DNA of 64,000 bases from Candidatus Latescibacterota bacterium (GCA_965226795.1 CBDDDZ010000005.1:1952001-2016000), one strand, 5' to 3'; positions 10,588 to 22,658 are shown, numbered from the stretch's first letter. The notes: generated by a model not told the origin, from the sequence alone. Made by a program: numbers and translations.

Positions 10588-10838
10588 GGGCTGTGGTATT
10601 CCTTTCGTCGAGATTCGTCAAGCACCCGACATGGGCGAGCGCATCGTATCTGAACAGCGCCAGAATAGGGAGGCTGCGCATAGAGAGAATACGAGACCAC
10701 GTTGGGCGGCAAAATCTGGTCGGGCTGCTGTTGAAGGTTAGAGGTCCAATCCATCGGATGTGGTACTCGGGACGCGTTTTGTTCCTATCTTGCAGTCATT
10801 CAATCTACTGCTTTCAAACCATGTTTATGCTGTGTACT

Positions 10839-12725
10839 TCACATTCGGACCACCTCTTGGTCCTCGAACCAGCCAACACTGGAGATATGGCTGGCGACCT
10901 TGTCCGCCTCTTTCGTGTACACAATCACGGCGAGGCTCCGCTGAGCCCTGCTGCAAGTAACGTAGAAGAGACGTCGGGTTCTGTCTACGGATGTGTCCTT
11001 CCCTTCACGCCGGTTCTTTTCATCTGTGTTCGTCGGAGCTTTCGCCCCAAGCAACTTCTCATAGCTGAACATGAAACCGCGGGCTTCGTTGTCATCGAGG
11101 ATGACCATGACTCGCGGGAACTGAAGCCCTTTGATGCCTTGATGTGTTCCGAAAGGCGACCTGTCAGAGATGTACTCTGCATAGGCTTCGAACTGACTGA
11201 ACGGGACAGCAAGCGCTTCCCGCCAAGCATCGACCTCAGGATTCCTGTCGTCTTCCGCATCTGCGGGAACTGACTCTACCTCTTCTCCCTGCCCATCAGA
11301 GTCGGACAGGATGGGCGCAAATACATCGGGGATACCGAACAGGCCCTCGTGATCGACTACCTCGAGAATATCCAACAGGATGGGATCTGCGCCATCGTTC
11401 CACAGGGAGAACATGGACTCCACAGACCTCCCAGCCTTGCGGATTTCCTCTAATGAAGTCGTGCTTCCGCTCAGTCTTTCGGGAGACATGATCGGGGAGT
11501 AATCCTTTACGACATGAGCCACAGCAAACCTATCTTCGGATTGCATGGCTTGAACCAATGGAAGAACCTGCTGTGCGAAGAAAGCAATCCCATTCAAAGT
11601 CCCATCAAGCAGACCGGTCCTGAATTTGTCAATGCTGTAAAGCGACTCAAAGAAACGGTCGAAGCCACCCCTGCGCGCGGCCATGTGATGCTCAAGGGTA
11701 AGTACTTTGACCGCCTGTGCGCTCATCCATTCGTCATCGGAAGTGACCTCTGCCATTATCCTGGCCGCTTTCGCTTCGACTTTCAGTTTGTCTAAGTCGT
11801 CAACGTCATTGATTAGAAGCAGTCGCACAACCCCTTCTTGCGCGTCTTGTCTGGGCATCTGCTGTGCGCCGTCCGCTTCCGATCTGATCCGGTTGAGAAG
11901 CGTCACAATTCGTTTGGGACACCTGTGGTTGACGCCAAGCGCTGGTTTCTCCCAGCCTGCCGGGACAGCCTGCTCCAATCCGACTTTCCCGTCCGCGTAA
12001 ATGCGCTGCATCGTGTCACCGAACAGACACAGACTGAATTGGTCGGGATGCTCTGCCTGGAGGGCAAAGAATGCGTCAATCAGGTCTTTCTGAGTGTCCT
12101 GGCTTTCGTCGATGAGCAGGACTGGGTGCTTCCGAATCAGTATCTGACGCATGAGTGGCTTGTCGGAGAGAAACGCTGCTGTGATTGCTATGACCTCAGC
12201 GTGGTTCAGTGAGTTCTTGCCGATGTTTTCGCCGTTTGGGTTGTAGGTGAACTGCTTGATGACATCGAGATGCTGAAGTCGATTCCGCTTTGACTCAATT
12301 TGTACTTCTCGCTCACGGGCTGCCTTTGTTCCCGGCCTCCCGGACGCTTGCTTCTCGCGAAGTTCAGCGATTTCGTTGGACAAACGTAGGCGGAGACAAG
12401 CAGAGATGTCTTTGTGGTATGTGCGGATCTGCTCCCAAGCAAAACTGTGGATCGTGGACACGGCAAAGATGGGATCGAAATCTGTTCTGCGCCTAATCTC
12501 ATCACATGCGGCATTGGTGTAGGTTATGACAGCAACTTTCTGGCCCGACTGCCGGAACTGCGTGCCATAGCGGATCCGAAAGATGTCCATTGCCTCAATG
12601 ACCGCCCTTGTCTTGCCGGAGCCAGCGCCGGCATAGAGGAAGAAGCTCTTGGGCTTCTCCAGGTCGAGACACGCCGCAATCGTCTTTCTGAGTTCATCCC
12701 CTTGAGCGACTGCCTCAGGCATCAT
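10839..12725 (-). CDS. gajB: UvrD-like helicase, Gabija GajB-type
   Basis: AGAGSGKT, IDESQDT, FGDTMQRIY, THQGIKGLQF, RRLFYVTCSRA; directly after an OLD-family nuclease. Confidence 0.88.
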   Translation of the reverse strand: MMPEAVAQGDELRKTIAACLDLEKPKSFFLYAGAGSGKTRAVIEAMDIFRIRYGTQFRQSGQKVAVITYTNAACDEIRRRTDFDPIFAVSTIHSFAWEQIRTYHKDISACLRLRLSNEIAELREKQASGRPGTKAAREREVQIESKRNRLQHLDVIKQFTYNPNGENIGKNSLNHAEVIAITAAFLSDKPLMRQILIRKHPVLLIDESQDTQKDLIDAFFALQAEHPDQFSLCLFGDTMQRIYADGKVGLEQAVPAGWEKPALGVNHRCPKRIVTLLNRIRSEADGAQQMPRQDAQEGVVRLLLINDVDDLDKLKVEAKAARIMAEVTSDDEWMSAQAVKVLTLEHHMAARRGGFDRFFESLYSIDKFRTGLLDGTLNGIAFFAQQVLPLVQAMQSEDRFAVAHVVKDYSPIMSPERLSGSTTSLEEIRKAGRSVESMFSLWNDGADPILLDILEVVDHEGLFGIPDVFAPILSDSDGQGEEVESVPADAEDDRNPEVDAWREALAVPFSQFEAYAEYISDRSPFGTHQGIKGLQFPRVMVILDDNEARGFMFSYEKLLGAKAPTNTDEKNRREGKDTSVDRTRRLFYVTCSRAQRSLAVIVYTKEADKVASHISSVGWFEDQEVVRM

Positions 12726-14972
12726 TTACCTCTGCCACCTCTGTCGAGATAGCGTCAATCTTTCTCGCCTCAAGGTTTTTCTCAAGCCACTTGAGGCCAT
12801 CCGCGATGTAGTTTGGCGGTTCTATAGCTGGTCCGGCTCACTCAGGTAGAGTAGCTCCAAGGCCAACTCAGCCTTGCTGCCCTTCTCCAAGTCGGAAAAC
12901 ATATCGTTGCTGGCATCTTCGAGGGTGTCCTTTCTGAGAGCCGCTTGGAGCTTCTTCAATAGGCCTACCGGTTTTGCATACCCCCGGAAAAGCGCAAGAT
13001 TCGTCAAGGCCAGTGAATCCTCAAACGTATAGGGTATCGCCTCTCCTTCACTTTCACCCTCCTTGTATTCCACAGTGATAGGGCACTGGTATGCGACCCT
13101 GACGAGCCCATCCGCTGTCTGTTTCGCGTTATCCGGCAGATCGAGCAGATCATCAAGTGGTTCCTTCTTGGGCACCCAGTCCTTGAGTGTGGTGTTTCCT
13201 GTTCGGTAGCCTTTGCCGCGCTCCGGACGGGCCTTGGCAGTGTCAGTTTTGTGAATCGAGTCCAAGTCTGTAACGACCAGAGACAGAAGCCCAAGAGTAT
13301 CCAATAGTGGTTTCAAACGATGTGCATGGGCGCCCCCGATCTCAAGAAGCGAGATGTAGCTTTGGTCCAGCTTGGGGAACTTCTCCCGGACGAAGTGGGG
13401 AATCAACATGCGTTCAGCCGAACCCTCCACGAGGATGGCCGCATCGGCGAAAAAGAGATCACAATGGGTTGTCCGAAGATAACGAGTGGCAAACTTCGAG
13501 GTCTCATCGTGGTCGCCGAACGTCTGCGAGAGATTGATAACCGTTGCCGTGGGAATCTCCCCATTCTTCTTGGCTGGTTCCCGACGGAAGTAGCGCAGGC
13601 AAGAGAAGTCCAGTTCATGAGCAATATGTGATGAGTGAGTGCTGACGATCATCTGCGTGCTGAAGGAAGAATCCGCAGGCGCAGCGTGGCGCCGGAGCAC
13701 TTTGTAGGCTTTTTTGATGAATACCTGCTGAACCTGCGCGTGCAGATGAGCTTCGGGTTCTTCAACAAGTACGACGTGCAAGGGTTCAATAGCAGCACCC
13801 TTGGTGTCTTGACTCTCGGCCGCTTTCCCAATCCGCATCCATTCGTCCCTGAATCGGATCAGGTTGAATACCATCGAGATGAGGTTCTGGTAACCCAGTC
13901 CGTTGTATTTCTCGGGCAAGGACAGCGAGTCTGCTCCAGGCAGGTCGAACTGTACTGCGGCCTCGTGATCAAGGCTGTCGCGTGGATCGATCTTGCTTGT
14001 TATGGAGATTTTCGGGTCACTGAATCCCGGATAGTTGAGACCCTCAAGTTCTCCAATGGCAGGCTTGAAGCTCGTCTTTAACGTCTCGTTGAATACCGTT
14101 TTCGCCGCTTCGATCGCCTCCAGAGCCTCGATATCACTCGCCTCCGGGGCCTCTGATGGATTCAAGTGCTTGGAGAAGCAACGGCGCAGCTGAGTCGAAA
14201 GGCTTGCAAAGCCACTGTGTGACTCATCTTCTGTCTTGGGATCGGAAAAGCCTCTTTGGGCAGTGATTACGTCAATCTTGATGAGACCATCGAATGGATG
14301 CTTCTTGAGCGGATCGCTGCCGGGCGGAAGCGACTGAGGCTTGGCGATTCCCTGCACCGGATCTTGGCGCTGCGTGGGGTCGAGAATGTAGGACTGGACT
14401 TCGAACTGGCTGTGAAGCCGTCTGTCCAGAAAGTCCCTCATTGAGTTTGGCCATAGAGACGGCGGTGACTTTGCGTTGGTGGAAGCTAACTCGGCGGCAC
14501 GTGCCGATTTGTAAGCGCTTCGGAAATCCTTGTAAAGTTGCTCCATGTTCTTTGGTGCTAACACAAGCCTGACTCCCAGCAATTCCCTGGGTGTCCAATC
14601 CAGTGTAGGGAGAAGATGCGCGACACGGTGAAGGTCTTTTTCGTCGGCTGTGAGCCAAACATCGATGGAGGGTAGCAGGGGTAGCAATGCGTCAACGGCG
14701 AGTACTGCTTCTTCATTGTCGGCGGAAGCCACCCACTGTGCTCCGAGGTGATTAAAAGACGACCAGTTTGAAAGGGTGAAATCCGTGGTAGCAAAGGCTT
14801 TGCGGCGGCTCTGCTTGAGAAAGAGGATCAGAGCATCCATTGCGGATGTTTTGCCGCTATTGTTCGCGCCGACGAAGATCGTCTCCTGTTGCGCGATCTC
14901 GACGCGGCATGCCTTCAGCTTCCGGAAGTTCTGTATCTCAACAAAGGCAATGTGCACTCGATATTCTCCCAT
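12715..14972 (-). pseudogene. gajA: OLD-family ATPase/TOPRIM nuclease, Gabija GajA-type, frameshifted near the C-terminus
   Basis: GANNSGKT, EEPEAHLH, STHS, VEGSAE, TDLD motifs. The ORF stops at 12822; removing 2 nt (TA) at ~12823-12826 restores EPPNYIADGLKWLEK...DA* ending at 12715 and overlapping the gajB start. Confidence 0.82.
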
Positions 14973-15013
14973 GCGTGGCAGAGTGGTTCAGCCGTTGCAT
15001 GCTCCATATATCT

Positions 15014-17091
15014 TCAAAAAGCCACCAATCTCTCCCCGAATTCGACGCGGAGATTCCATTTCTTCGTCGTATTTAGGGCTGGCTCAAGGCAGACGAAGAT
15101 GCCTTCCATGCCTTTGAGTTTGGCGATTGTCTGTTCCTTCAGATCGTAGTCGAGGCAGACTGTCGCCTCCTTGTGAGAGTCCCACGCGCGGAAGACCACG
15201 TTCTCGGTGAAGTCGGCAAGGGCTTCCGTCTGAACATCGAGCATAAAGCCGTTCTTGAGGAGGACTTCTTGAAGAATTCCCTCCTGGTCGAACGTCATCA
15301 GAAACGCTGCTTCCTTCTCCCGGATATAGGCATCAAGGGCCTCCAAGTTCTCCTCATCCGTCTTCTCTGGATCTGGCACGAACTCGGTTCGGGGAAAGCG
15401 AGACTTGGCGAGTTTGTAGACCTTGAAACCTGGGCGATCGGCGGTGTTCTGCTGAGGGGCGATTCCGGGCAACCGTTGTTTGGCATCGCGGTCCGCCGTA
15501 TCTGCCGTTTCGTGCAACTGCGCGACAACCCGTCTGTTCCGCTCAATGGTAATGTCCGATATTCGGCGATAGCCCTTTTTGTATGCGGGAGTACCCTCGT
15601 CGATGATCTCTGGAATCTGCACGAGAATGAAGGTGCGCGCCCCGCCACTTTTCGCGTTGATTTCCATGACAGCCTGACCGGTCGGGCCTGAACCTGCGAA
15701 GAAGTCTAAGACAAGGTCGCCGGATGTTGTCACATACTCAATAAGACGTGCGAGAATCTCATGGTCTTTTGGATTGTCGAAAATCTTTCCGTCTAGGAGC
15801 TTGCGAAGGTACTTGATCGTCACTTGCGACTGTTTGTATAGAACACTGGGCATGACCTGGAGCCCCATCTCTTCCTCACTACCGTTTTCGTCCGCGTCTG
15901 GCTCGTCGTCGAGGAGTTCCTCCGGGACCGGGATCAAGTGCGCCTTTCGCATAGGTGGTTTTGTGTGGTCCTCACGAAACATGACGAGTCCGAGGTCGAT
16001 CTGGCGTTGCATTGACTCAGAAGTACTGAAACGCCAGCCACTCTCTGGTACCTCACATGATTTTCCCGTGTCAGGATGGATCACGTCATAGCGGGGCCCG
16101 CCTCCGCCAGGCCAAGAAATGTCTCTGTCACGCCACGGTCCCCACTTGTCGATTTGTTTATACCTCGAGAGTTTCTTCGACGGATGCTTTGTTGGGAGAT
16201 CCTTGTACCATTGACGAAGCTCCGTCTCCATGGCCCCATAGTCCTCTCCGTGGACTTCCTTGAGCTCCAGCCACTTTTTGCAGATTTCTTTCGCCCCCGG
16301 CTTCTGCTCACGCCAGACTGTCTTCAAGTCTTTCAAATGCTGGAGGTCGCGAGCGTAGCAGACAACATAGTCGTGCCCCAAACTGAACAGCTTTGCATCG
16401 TTCTTCCGGGTCTTCTCCCATGTGAGCTGAGCGATGAAATTTTCCTCGCCGAAGGCCTCGTCGCACAGCCTGCGCAGGTGATGCGCCTCATTGTCATCGA
16501 TCGATATTAAGATGACGCCATCGGGAAGCAGGAGCTGTCGGGCAAGGAGCAAGCGGGGATAGAGCATGTTCAGCCAGTTGGAATGAAAACGGCCGTCACT
16601 CTTCGTGTTGGTGTCAACTTTCACGCCATCTGCAGTTACCCCAATGTGTTCCCAGTATGTTCCTCTGTCTTCCTTCCATGTGTCGGAATATACGAAGTCC
16701 TTGTCCTTGTTGTACGGCGGATCAATATAGATGCACTTGACCCGGTTGCGGTAGGAGGCGAGCAGACATTTCAAGACTTCAAGATTTTCTCCTTCAATGA
16801 TGGCGTTCCCCTCGGCAAGCCCTGGATTCACAGAGCGCTCGTGATTGTACTCCAAAGATGCGAGCGTCGGCGTGAAGGCGTTGCGCTTCGCGTCGGCCTT
16901 CCCAAACCAACGGAATTCAAAGCGCTCCGACTCCGGCACCAAGTCGGGATCGATGAGGCGTTTCAGCTCGTCCGGGTTGAGAGAGCCCCATCGTTGGTAA
17001 ATAGATCCGGCATAAGCGCTCGGAGTTGCTCCAGACGTTCCTGGTTCACATCCGGCGTGGCCGGCATTCGGTCCATAATGGCCTTGTTCAT
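15014..17091 (-). pseudogene. mod: Type III RM Mod adenine methyltransferase with a 5' frameshift
   Basis: IYIDPPYN and DFFAGSG motifs in beta order. N-terminus MNKAIMDRMPATPDVNQERLEQLRALMPDLFTNDG starts at 17091 (ATGA overlap with the YhcG gene) and is out of frame with the body at GAGAGAG 16979-16985. Confidence 0.85.
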
Positions 17092-18284
17092 AACTTGCCT
17101 TCTTCGTTCTCGGAGCGCCATTTCAGAAGCAGTCTGCGGAGCTCTTCCCTGGGCGGGAGTTCCAGCTTGTAACGACTGGCGAAAATACGCTCGTTGCCCT
17201 TGTCGAGCACGTATTCAACGACGGCGTCGTTCTTGTCGGTGCAGAGGATCAAGCCAATCGTAGGGTTGTCCTCCCGGGTGCATACTTCACGATCAAAATA
17301 GTGAACGTACATCTGCATCTGGCCGATGTCGCCATGAGTGAGCTTTTCTGTTTTCAAGTCGATGATCACATAGCACTTGAGGCGCACGTGATAGAAGACC
17401 AGGTCCGCATAGAAATGGTCTCCATCCAGCGTGAGTCGTTTCTGTCGGGCCACGAAGGCAAATCCAGCCCCTAATTCCAGCAGAAACTCCTGCATGTGGG
17501 TCGTAAGGGCCGCCTCCAGATCGCTTTCGAGCAACCGATGCGATTCAGGAAGTCCGAGAAACTCCAGGGCATAAGGGTCTTTGATGATGTCGATGGGGTG
17601 TTCGGTCGCCTGTCCTTCATTGGCGTGTTGCAGCACACCGTCCTTGTCGCGGCTCTTGAGCAGGCGTTCAAAGAGCAGGGTGTTGATCTGTCGTTCAAGC
17701 TGCCGCTTGTTCCAGTGGTTTCGAGCGGTTTGCTGTTCATAGAACTGCCGCGCTTCGTCGTTCTCGACGCGCATCAGCGCGCGATAATGCGACCAGCTCA
17801 GATCGGGATGGAAGCCGGTTGCGGATTCAACGCCCGTTGGGTGCTGTTTTGGTGTCAATTCTCCGCCCGGTGGGTGGGGATTTCCGCTCTTGCCTAATTC
17901 TCTACCCACTGGGGAGAGAATCTTTTGCTGCCTGAATTCTCTCCCCGACGGGGAAAGAATTGCCGCGGCGCGACCAGTGTACGTTTGATAGAACTTCCGC
18001 ATATTCCACAACGATACGGTGGAGTAGCCCTTGCCATAGCGTCCCGTCAGCCGCCTCGACAGATCCTCAATTACGGCCTTGCCGTAGTCAGCCCGTTTCT
18101 GTCCCTTCTGCTCTTCCTCAACGATTTCACGTCCGATCAGCCAATATGCCACCACCATCGCGCTGTTGACCGTTCGGGCGACATGACTGCGTGCTTCCTC
18201 GAGAATGTCGACAATCCGACCGAATAGCGCGGTATCGTCTGGAGCCGGGGTATTCGGGATCTTCTCCCGAACTTTGTCAGGCAT
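17088..18284 (-). CDS. YhcG/DUF1016 PD-(D/E)xK nuclease family protein
   Basis: YWLIGREIV, LSWSHY, KDPYALEFL, FLLELGAGFAFVARQ, IIDLK, GQMQMYV; internal linker has short repeats (ILSPSGREF / ILSPVGREL). Confidence 0.93.
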   Translation of the reverse strand: MPDKVREKIPNTPAPDDTALFGRIVDILEEARSHVARTVNSAMVVAYWLIGREIVEEEQKGQKRADYGKAVIEDLSRRLTGRYGKGYSTVSLWNMRKFYQTYTGRAAAILSPSGREFRQQKILSPVGRELGKSGNPHPPGGELTPKQHPTGVESATGFHPDLSWSHYRALMRVENDEARQFYEQQTARNHWNKRQLERQINTLLFERLLKSRDKDGVLQHANEGQATEHPIDIIKDPYALEFLGLPESHRLLESDLEAALTTHMQEFLLELGAGFAFVARQKRLTLDGDHFYADLVFYHVRLKCYVIIDLKTEKLTHGDIGQMQMYVHYFDREVCTREDNPTIGLILCTDKNDAVVEYVLDKGNERIFASRYKLELPPREELRRLLLKWRSENEEGKL

Positions 18285-18933
18285 GCGTGACTCCATTGGC
18301 ACGAGTCTTGAAGACGGAGTACTCCTTGACGGGCGCGTCGTAGTTGACCTGCGCATCGACCCCCAGCGCATGGAAGTGCTTCATGGCGCACTTGATCTTG
18401 TAGACCTCGCTCGCACGAAGTGCCTTCTTGTCCGCAAGCTCGTTCGTGCCCTTTGTTTCAATAACGAAGTAGAACTCGGTCTCTGCGCCGTTGCGCAGGC
18501 GCTTCCGTCGAAGAACAACGCCGAAATCAGGATTGTAGGGGCCGATGGGGGTTGGAATCTGGTAGAAGGCCGGGAGCTTGAGAAAGCAAACGACTTCGTC
18601 GTCGTTGTCCGCAGACCCGGCGAAGTCCCGCTCAATATTGCTGTCGAATACAACACGGTCGTATAGGCCCCGGTTCGGCGTTTCGATGGTGTCCGCGTAG
18701 GTCACGATACTCGGCTCAAGCCGCGAGATGTCGAATTCCTCGCCGCTGGGCGCATAGGTCAAGCCGCGAAGCAGTTCATCCAGTTCAAATTCCCGGATTC
18801 GCGATGACGCTTCGTGAATGAAGCGGGTGGGGTTTGCGGCGATGGCGGCACGGTTGGTTACGTCGCGCAGGATTCGGATCACTGTCGGATAGGCGAGTGT
18901 CGTTCCCTCGCTGATTTCCTCGACCAGATCCAC
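18277..18933 (-). pseudogene. res: C-terminal endonuclease fragment of a type III Res subunit
   Basis: FDSNIE, KLPAFYQIPTPIGPYNPDF, FVIETKG and KIKCAMKHF motifs; helicase domains absent, truncated next to the tRNA copy. Confidence 0.85.
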
Positions 18934-19024
18934 AGCCCCGAACGTGGCACGCAGTCGGCGGCGTTCTCTGTGTCCATGCCCTCCTGAATAATCGTATTAT
19001 AAACAGTAACTTATATAAAATAAG

Positions 19025-19115
19025 TGGCGGATAGGGTGGGATTCGAACCCACGGTACCTGTGAGGGTACACCGGTTTTCGAGACCGGCCTGTTCAACCAG
19101 CTCCAGCACCTCTCC
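19025..19115 (-). tRNA. Second tRNA-Ser(CGA) copy with an acceptor-stem mismatch
   Basis: Full 91-nt copy of 31619-31709 with two differences: CCTATCC for CCTCTCC in the acceptor stem and one variable-arm change. Confidence 0.85.
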
Positions 19116-19190
19116 GCTCGAATACAGGGGCACGCCAGGTTTGATTGCGACTTCCGCCATCCGGCCACCGCAATCAATTCCATCGCTAAG

Positions 19191-19356
19191 TTACGGGTTT
19201 TTCTGGCGCAATTTTTGGAAGAACTGCTTCAGAATCTCTGAACAGGGCGCTTCGAGCACGCCTCGACGAACGTCGATTCGATGGTTGAGCCTCGGGTCAT
19301 CGACGACGTTCCGAAGCGAACCGCAGGCCCCGTTTTCGGGTCGTCGCCGCCGGATC
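19191..19356 (-). pseudogene. tadA: 3' fragment of a divergent tadA allele
   Basis: Aligns to 31799-31964 and encodes CGSLRNVVDDPRLNHRIDVRRGVLEAPCSEILKQFFQKLRQKNP*; indels at its 5' edge. Confidence 0.9.
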
Positions 19357-19424
19357 TCTATTTAGTTTGATCCAGGAACCGCTGCCGGCCAGTTCACCGC
19401 TGCACAGCCGCCGCTCCCCATCCG

Positions 19425-22400
19425 TTAACCCTTCAGCATGGTCTTCACGTAACTGTCCTTGTCCTCTTCCTGAAAAAGGACGTGCCGCCTTTGCATCTCG
19501 CTCTTCTTCATGCCCCACTGTCTGCGCATCGTCGCGGACGGAGTATTCGAGACGATGAAGGATTGCAAGTGCACGGCCGGATCGCCAAGGCGTTGTTCGA
19601 TCTCCTTGATGGTCTCGTGGAACTGGATCTTGAGATCGCCTGGCCCGAGATTCCGGATCCCCTTGGGGTCCACAAAGATGACGTGCTGCTGACCCCCTGC
19701 GAGCAACCACAAGATGAAGTCGGGGTGGAAGTTGCCGGCTTCGAAGAAGCCCACACCGCGGCCCCTGCTGAGGTTTCGTAGCAGATAGAGTTCGCGGGTA
19801 GCGAAGAAGTCCGTATTACCGTCGTGGAACGCCTTCAGATCCTCAACGAACTCGCGCTCGCCCTTGTTCAGCGGTGCGGGGGTGATCTCGACGATTTTTG
19901 TGTCCAGATAGAGCAGCGGCTGGTAGAGGTGCTTGCCGAACCAGATGGCTTTCATGCCCTGGAATTCCCAAGGCTTCAGCTCACCCTTCCGGATGGCGGC
20001 TTTGAGCTCCTCGAGCTTGGCGACGATCTCTTCCTGCGACTTGTCGATCAGGATGCGGTAGTAACCCTCGTCCGGCGAATCCTTCACGCCGAGGAAGTTC
20101 GGGTCGTCGTCTTCAAGGTAACGGTATTCGAGGTGAGGAAGCTCCCACTCGCGCTTTCGGAAGGTGTAGTAGCGCTCGGTGTACTTCTTGAGCAGCGCAA
20201 CGGCGATCTCCTCCCAGAGGCGCACCTTTTCGTAGGAATCACCTACAAGTTCCTCGCGGGGGATCTGCAAGCGATACCAGCTCCGGTCTCCGAGCAGGGC
20301 CTCGACTCCCTGCCGTGTGAGATTCAGGTTGTACCAGCCGCGCTCGGCCTTGAATCGCTCCAGATCGAAGCAAATGCGGTCGAGATCGAGGAAGGCCGCA
20401 TGGCGGGGTGTCAGGTGGGTCTCGTTCGGCGCGGCATCGGCATCGCCGCCAACCAGACCGCCCGACTTCATCGCCTGGATTTTCGGATACCAGTTGAGCA
20501 CCACCTGGTTTTCCTGGAGGTAGACGGTGCTCCGATCACCGGTGGGGTCCGGCGGCCCGACGGTCGGGATGGGCGCGAGCTTGCGAAACGCGTCTCCGAA
20601 CTCGGTGCTTACGCCGTTGATCGTCTTCTTGAGCCGGATCGTCTTGAGCTTCTGCGTCCCAAGGTCCTTGATGACTGGCAGCAAAAACTCGATGCGGTCG
20701 TCGTTGGTGGGTAGTCCCTCCTCTTCGAGGAAGTCCCGGAACTGCGCCATGTAGTCGGCCTGGATGCCGAAGATGCCGAGCGTCTCCAGGACTGCGATGT
20801 GTTTGGGCCGCTCGAAACCATCGGGTAGATCCGTCTTGCCGCTACGCTTGAGGCTCAGGTCGTAGCCCTTGAGCCGAACGCCGCGTCCGAAGAGCTGGAT
20901 GATCTGCGCGCCTTCCCCCTTGCCCACGTTCATCAGGCCCATCGTCGAAACGCGCCAACTGCTCCAACCCTCTGTGAACTTCTTCGAGCCGATCAGCAGG
21001 TTCACCGTGGAGTACGGCTGGTTGATCTCGTGGAAGAGCGATCCCGAGAACTCGCTCTCGTACCTGGCAAGGCCCTTCTCGTCACAGAGTTTCACCAGTT
21101 TGACGTCGTCGCCCACGTTGATGACGCCGAAGGGTTCGTTCTCGGCGCCCAGCCGAAGGGCCACTTCGCCGGTCACGCCCTTCAGGTTCTCCACATATAG
21201 CTGGCCGCCACCGGGGGCATTGAAGACCGTCGCCAACGTCTCGTCGAAGACCTGCTCCGGCGAGAGTCCACAGGTATTGAGATAGGCGAAGCGCTTGGCG
21301 AACAGGTTCTTGCCCGTTGCGGTGACAAGGCCCTGATTGAGAACCCGGTGGATGCGCTGGATGCTGCCGGCGCGTTCGGCTACGTAACCGGCCAGGAACT
21401 GCAATATTTCCACGATGTCCGACGCGTCCTTCTTCGCGAGCGTCGCCGTCACGCTCCCGCCCACGAAAATCCACAGGGGCTTCTCGATGTTGAACGGCCG
21501 AAAGGAGCCTCCTTGCTCAAGGTAGAGCCTCTGTTGCTGGAAGAAAGAGAGCAGGCAGGCCACGAGATACAGGTCCAGGTGGTTCTGTTGTGTTCCCTGG
21601 TCGAGATTGAGGATCTGGTAGTCCTTGCCGAAGCCGTCCGCGTAGAAATAGCGGTACGAGTAGTCACACAGCGTGCTCTTGGCGTACAGCTCGGTGAGTC
21701 TGGGGCTGCCCTTGACCGCTTGCCCGAAGGTGGCGGAGTACTCGAAGGAGAATCCTTTTTCGCACAGCGCATTGCGAAAACGCATCCACGCGCCTTCTTC
21801 TCCTCCGCTGGCGCCGCGGTGCCCTTCATCCACCAGCACCAGGTTGTTCCCCTCGAAGGCGTCGATGGCGATGGTCCTGTCACCCATCTCGTCGCGCAGC
21901 CGGGTCACTTCGATGATCTCGACCGCCTGCCCGCTGAACAGCCCGCGGCCGTCCTTGTTGAACAGCTCTGCGTCGATGCCGGCCGCCGCGAACTCGCGCA
22001 GATGCTGCTGCGAGAGCCCTTCGTTGGGCGTAAGCAGGAGGATGTGGTTCAGCTCGCGCCGCCGGCCATGCCGGTTCAGTGCGTGCCGGTACTGCAGGAT
22101 GTTGGCGTGCATCAGCAGCGTCTTGCCGCTGCCGGTGGCCATCCAGAAGGCCAGCTTGTTGAGCTGCGGCCAAGCCTCGGCGGCTTCGTCGAACGCGGCA
22201 ATCTGGTCGGCCTCGGCCTTGTTCGCGTTGCAGGCGGCCACCTGCTTGTTCAGATCCCCGAGCAGCGCCTTGGGATCACGGAAGTAGCGGTCGAGATAAA
22301 TCTCGCTGAAGAGCAGCGTCAGGTACTGGAAGTACTTCCAGACGATCGGCTCCTCGCCACGGGTGATCCGCCGTTCGTTCAACCGTTGCGTGTGCCTGAC

Positions 22401-22654
22401 TATGTTCTGGTCGTACTCCAGCAGCAGCTCGGTAGGCAGCCGCGTCAGGTTGAAAAGCTGTGCCGTGAGCGCGTGGTGGAAGTGGTGGATGTTGTTCTCG
22501 TCGAGCCCTTCCAGCGCCTCGTTGCGCAGATGCTCGGCCAAGTCCTCGAAACGCTCCACGTTGAAGAGCGAGAGCAGCCACTGGTTGAGCACCAGCTTGT
22601 GGGCGAACGCCACCTGCGGTTTCTTGGACGTGGCTTTAGCCCTCGTCTTCGCCA

Positions 22655-22658
<4 letters not shown>
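19425..22658 (-). CDS. res: Type III-like restriction subunit (SF2 helicase plus C-terminal PD-(D/E)xK nuclease)
   Basis: [34 protein letters not shown]...FVDPKG; start overlaps the mod stop. Confidence 0.88.

Noticed and set aside
10640..10760. attC-like site between gajB and the 439-aa gene (also considered ~39430-39500)
   Set aside because: A GCCCAAC is present but there is no matching GTTRRRY box with proper inner arms, no repeated sites and no integron integrase.
18785..19365. ORFs 18785-19183(-) and 19024-19365(+); likewise 31137-31703(-) and 6629-6997(+)
   Set aside because: They are translations across tRNA genes and the tadA fragment, not plausible proteins.
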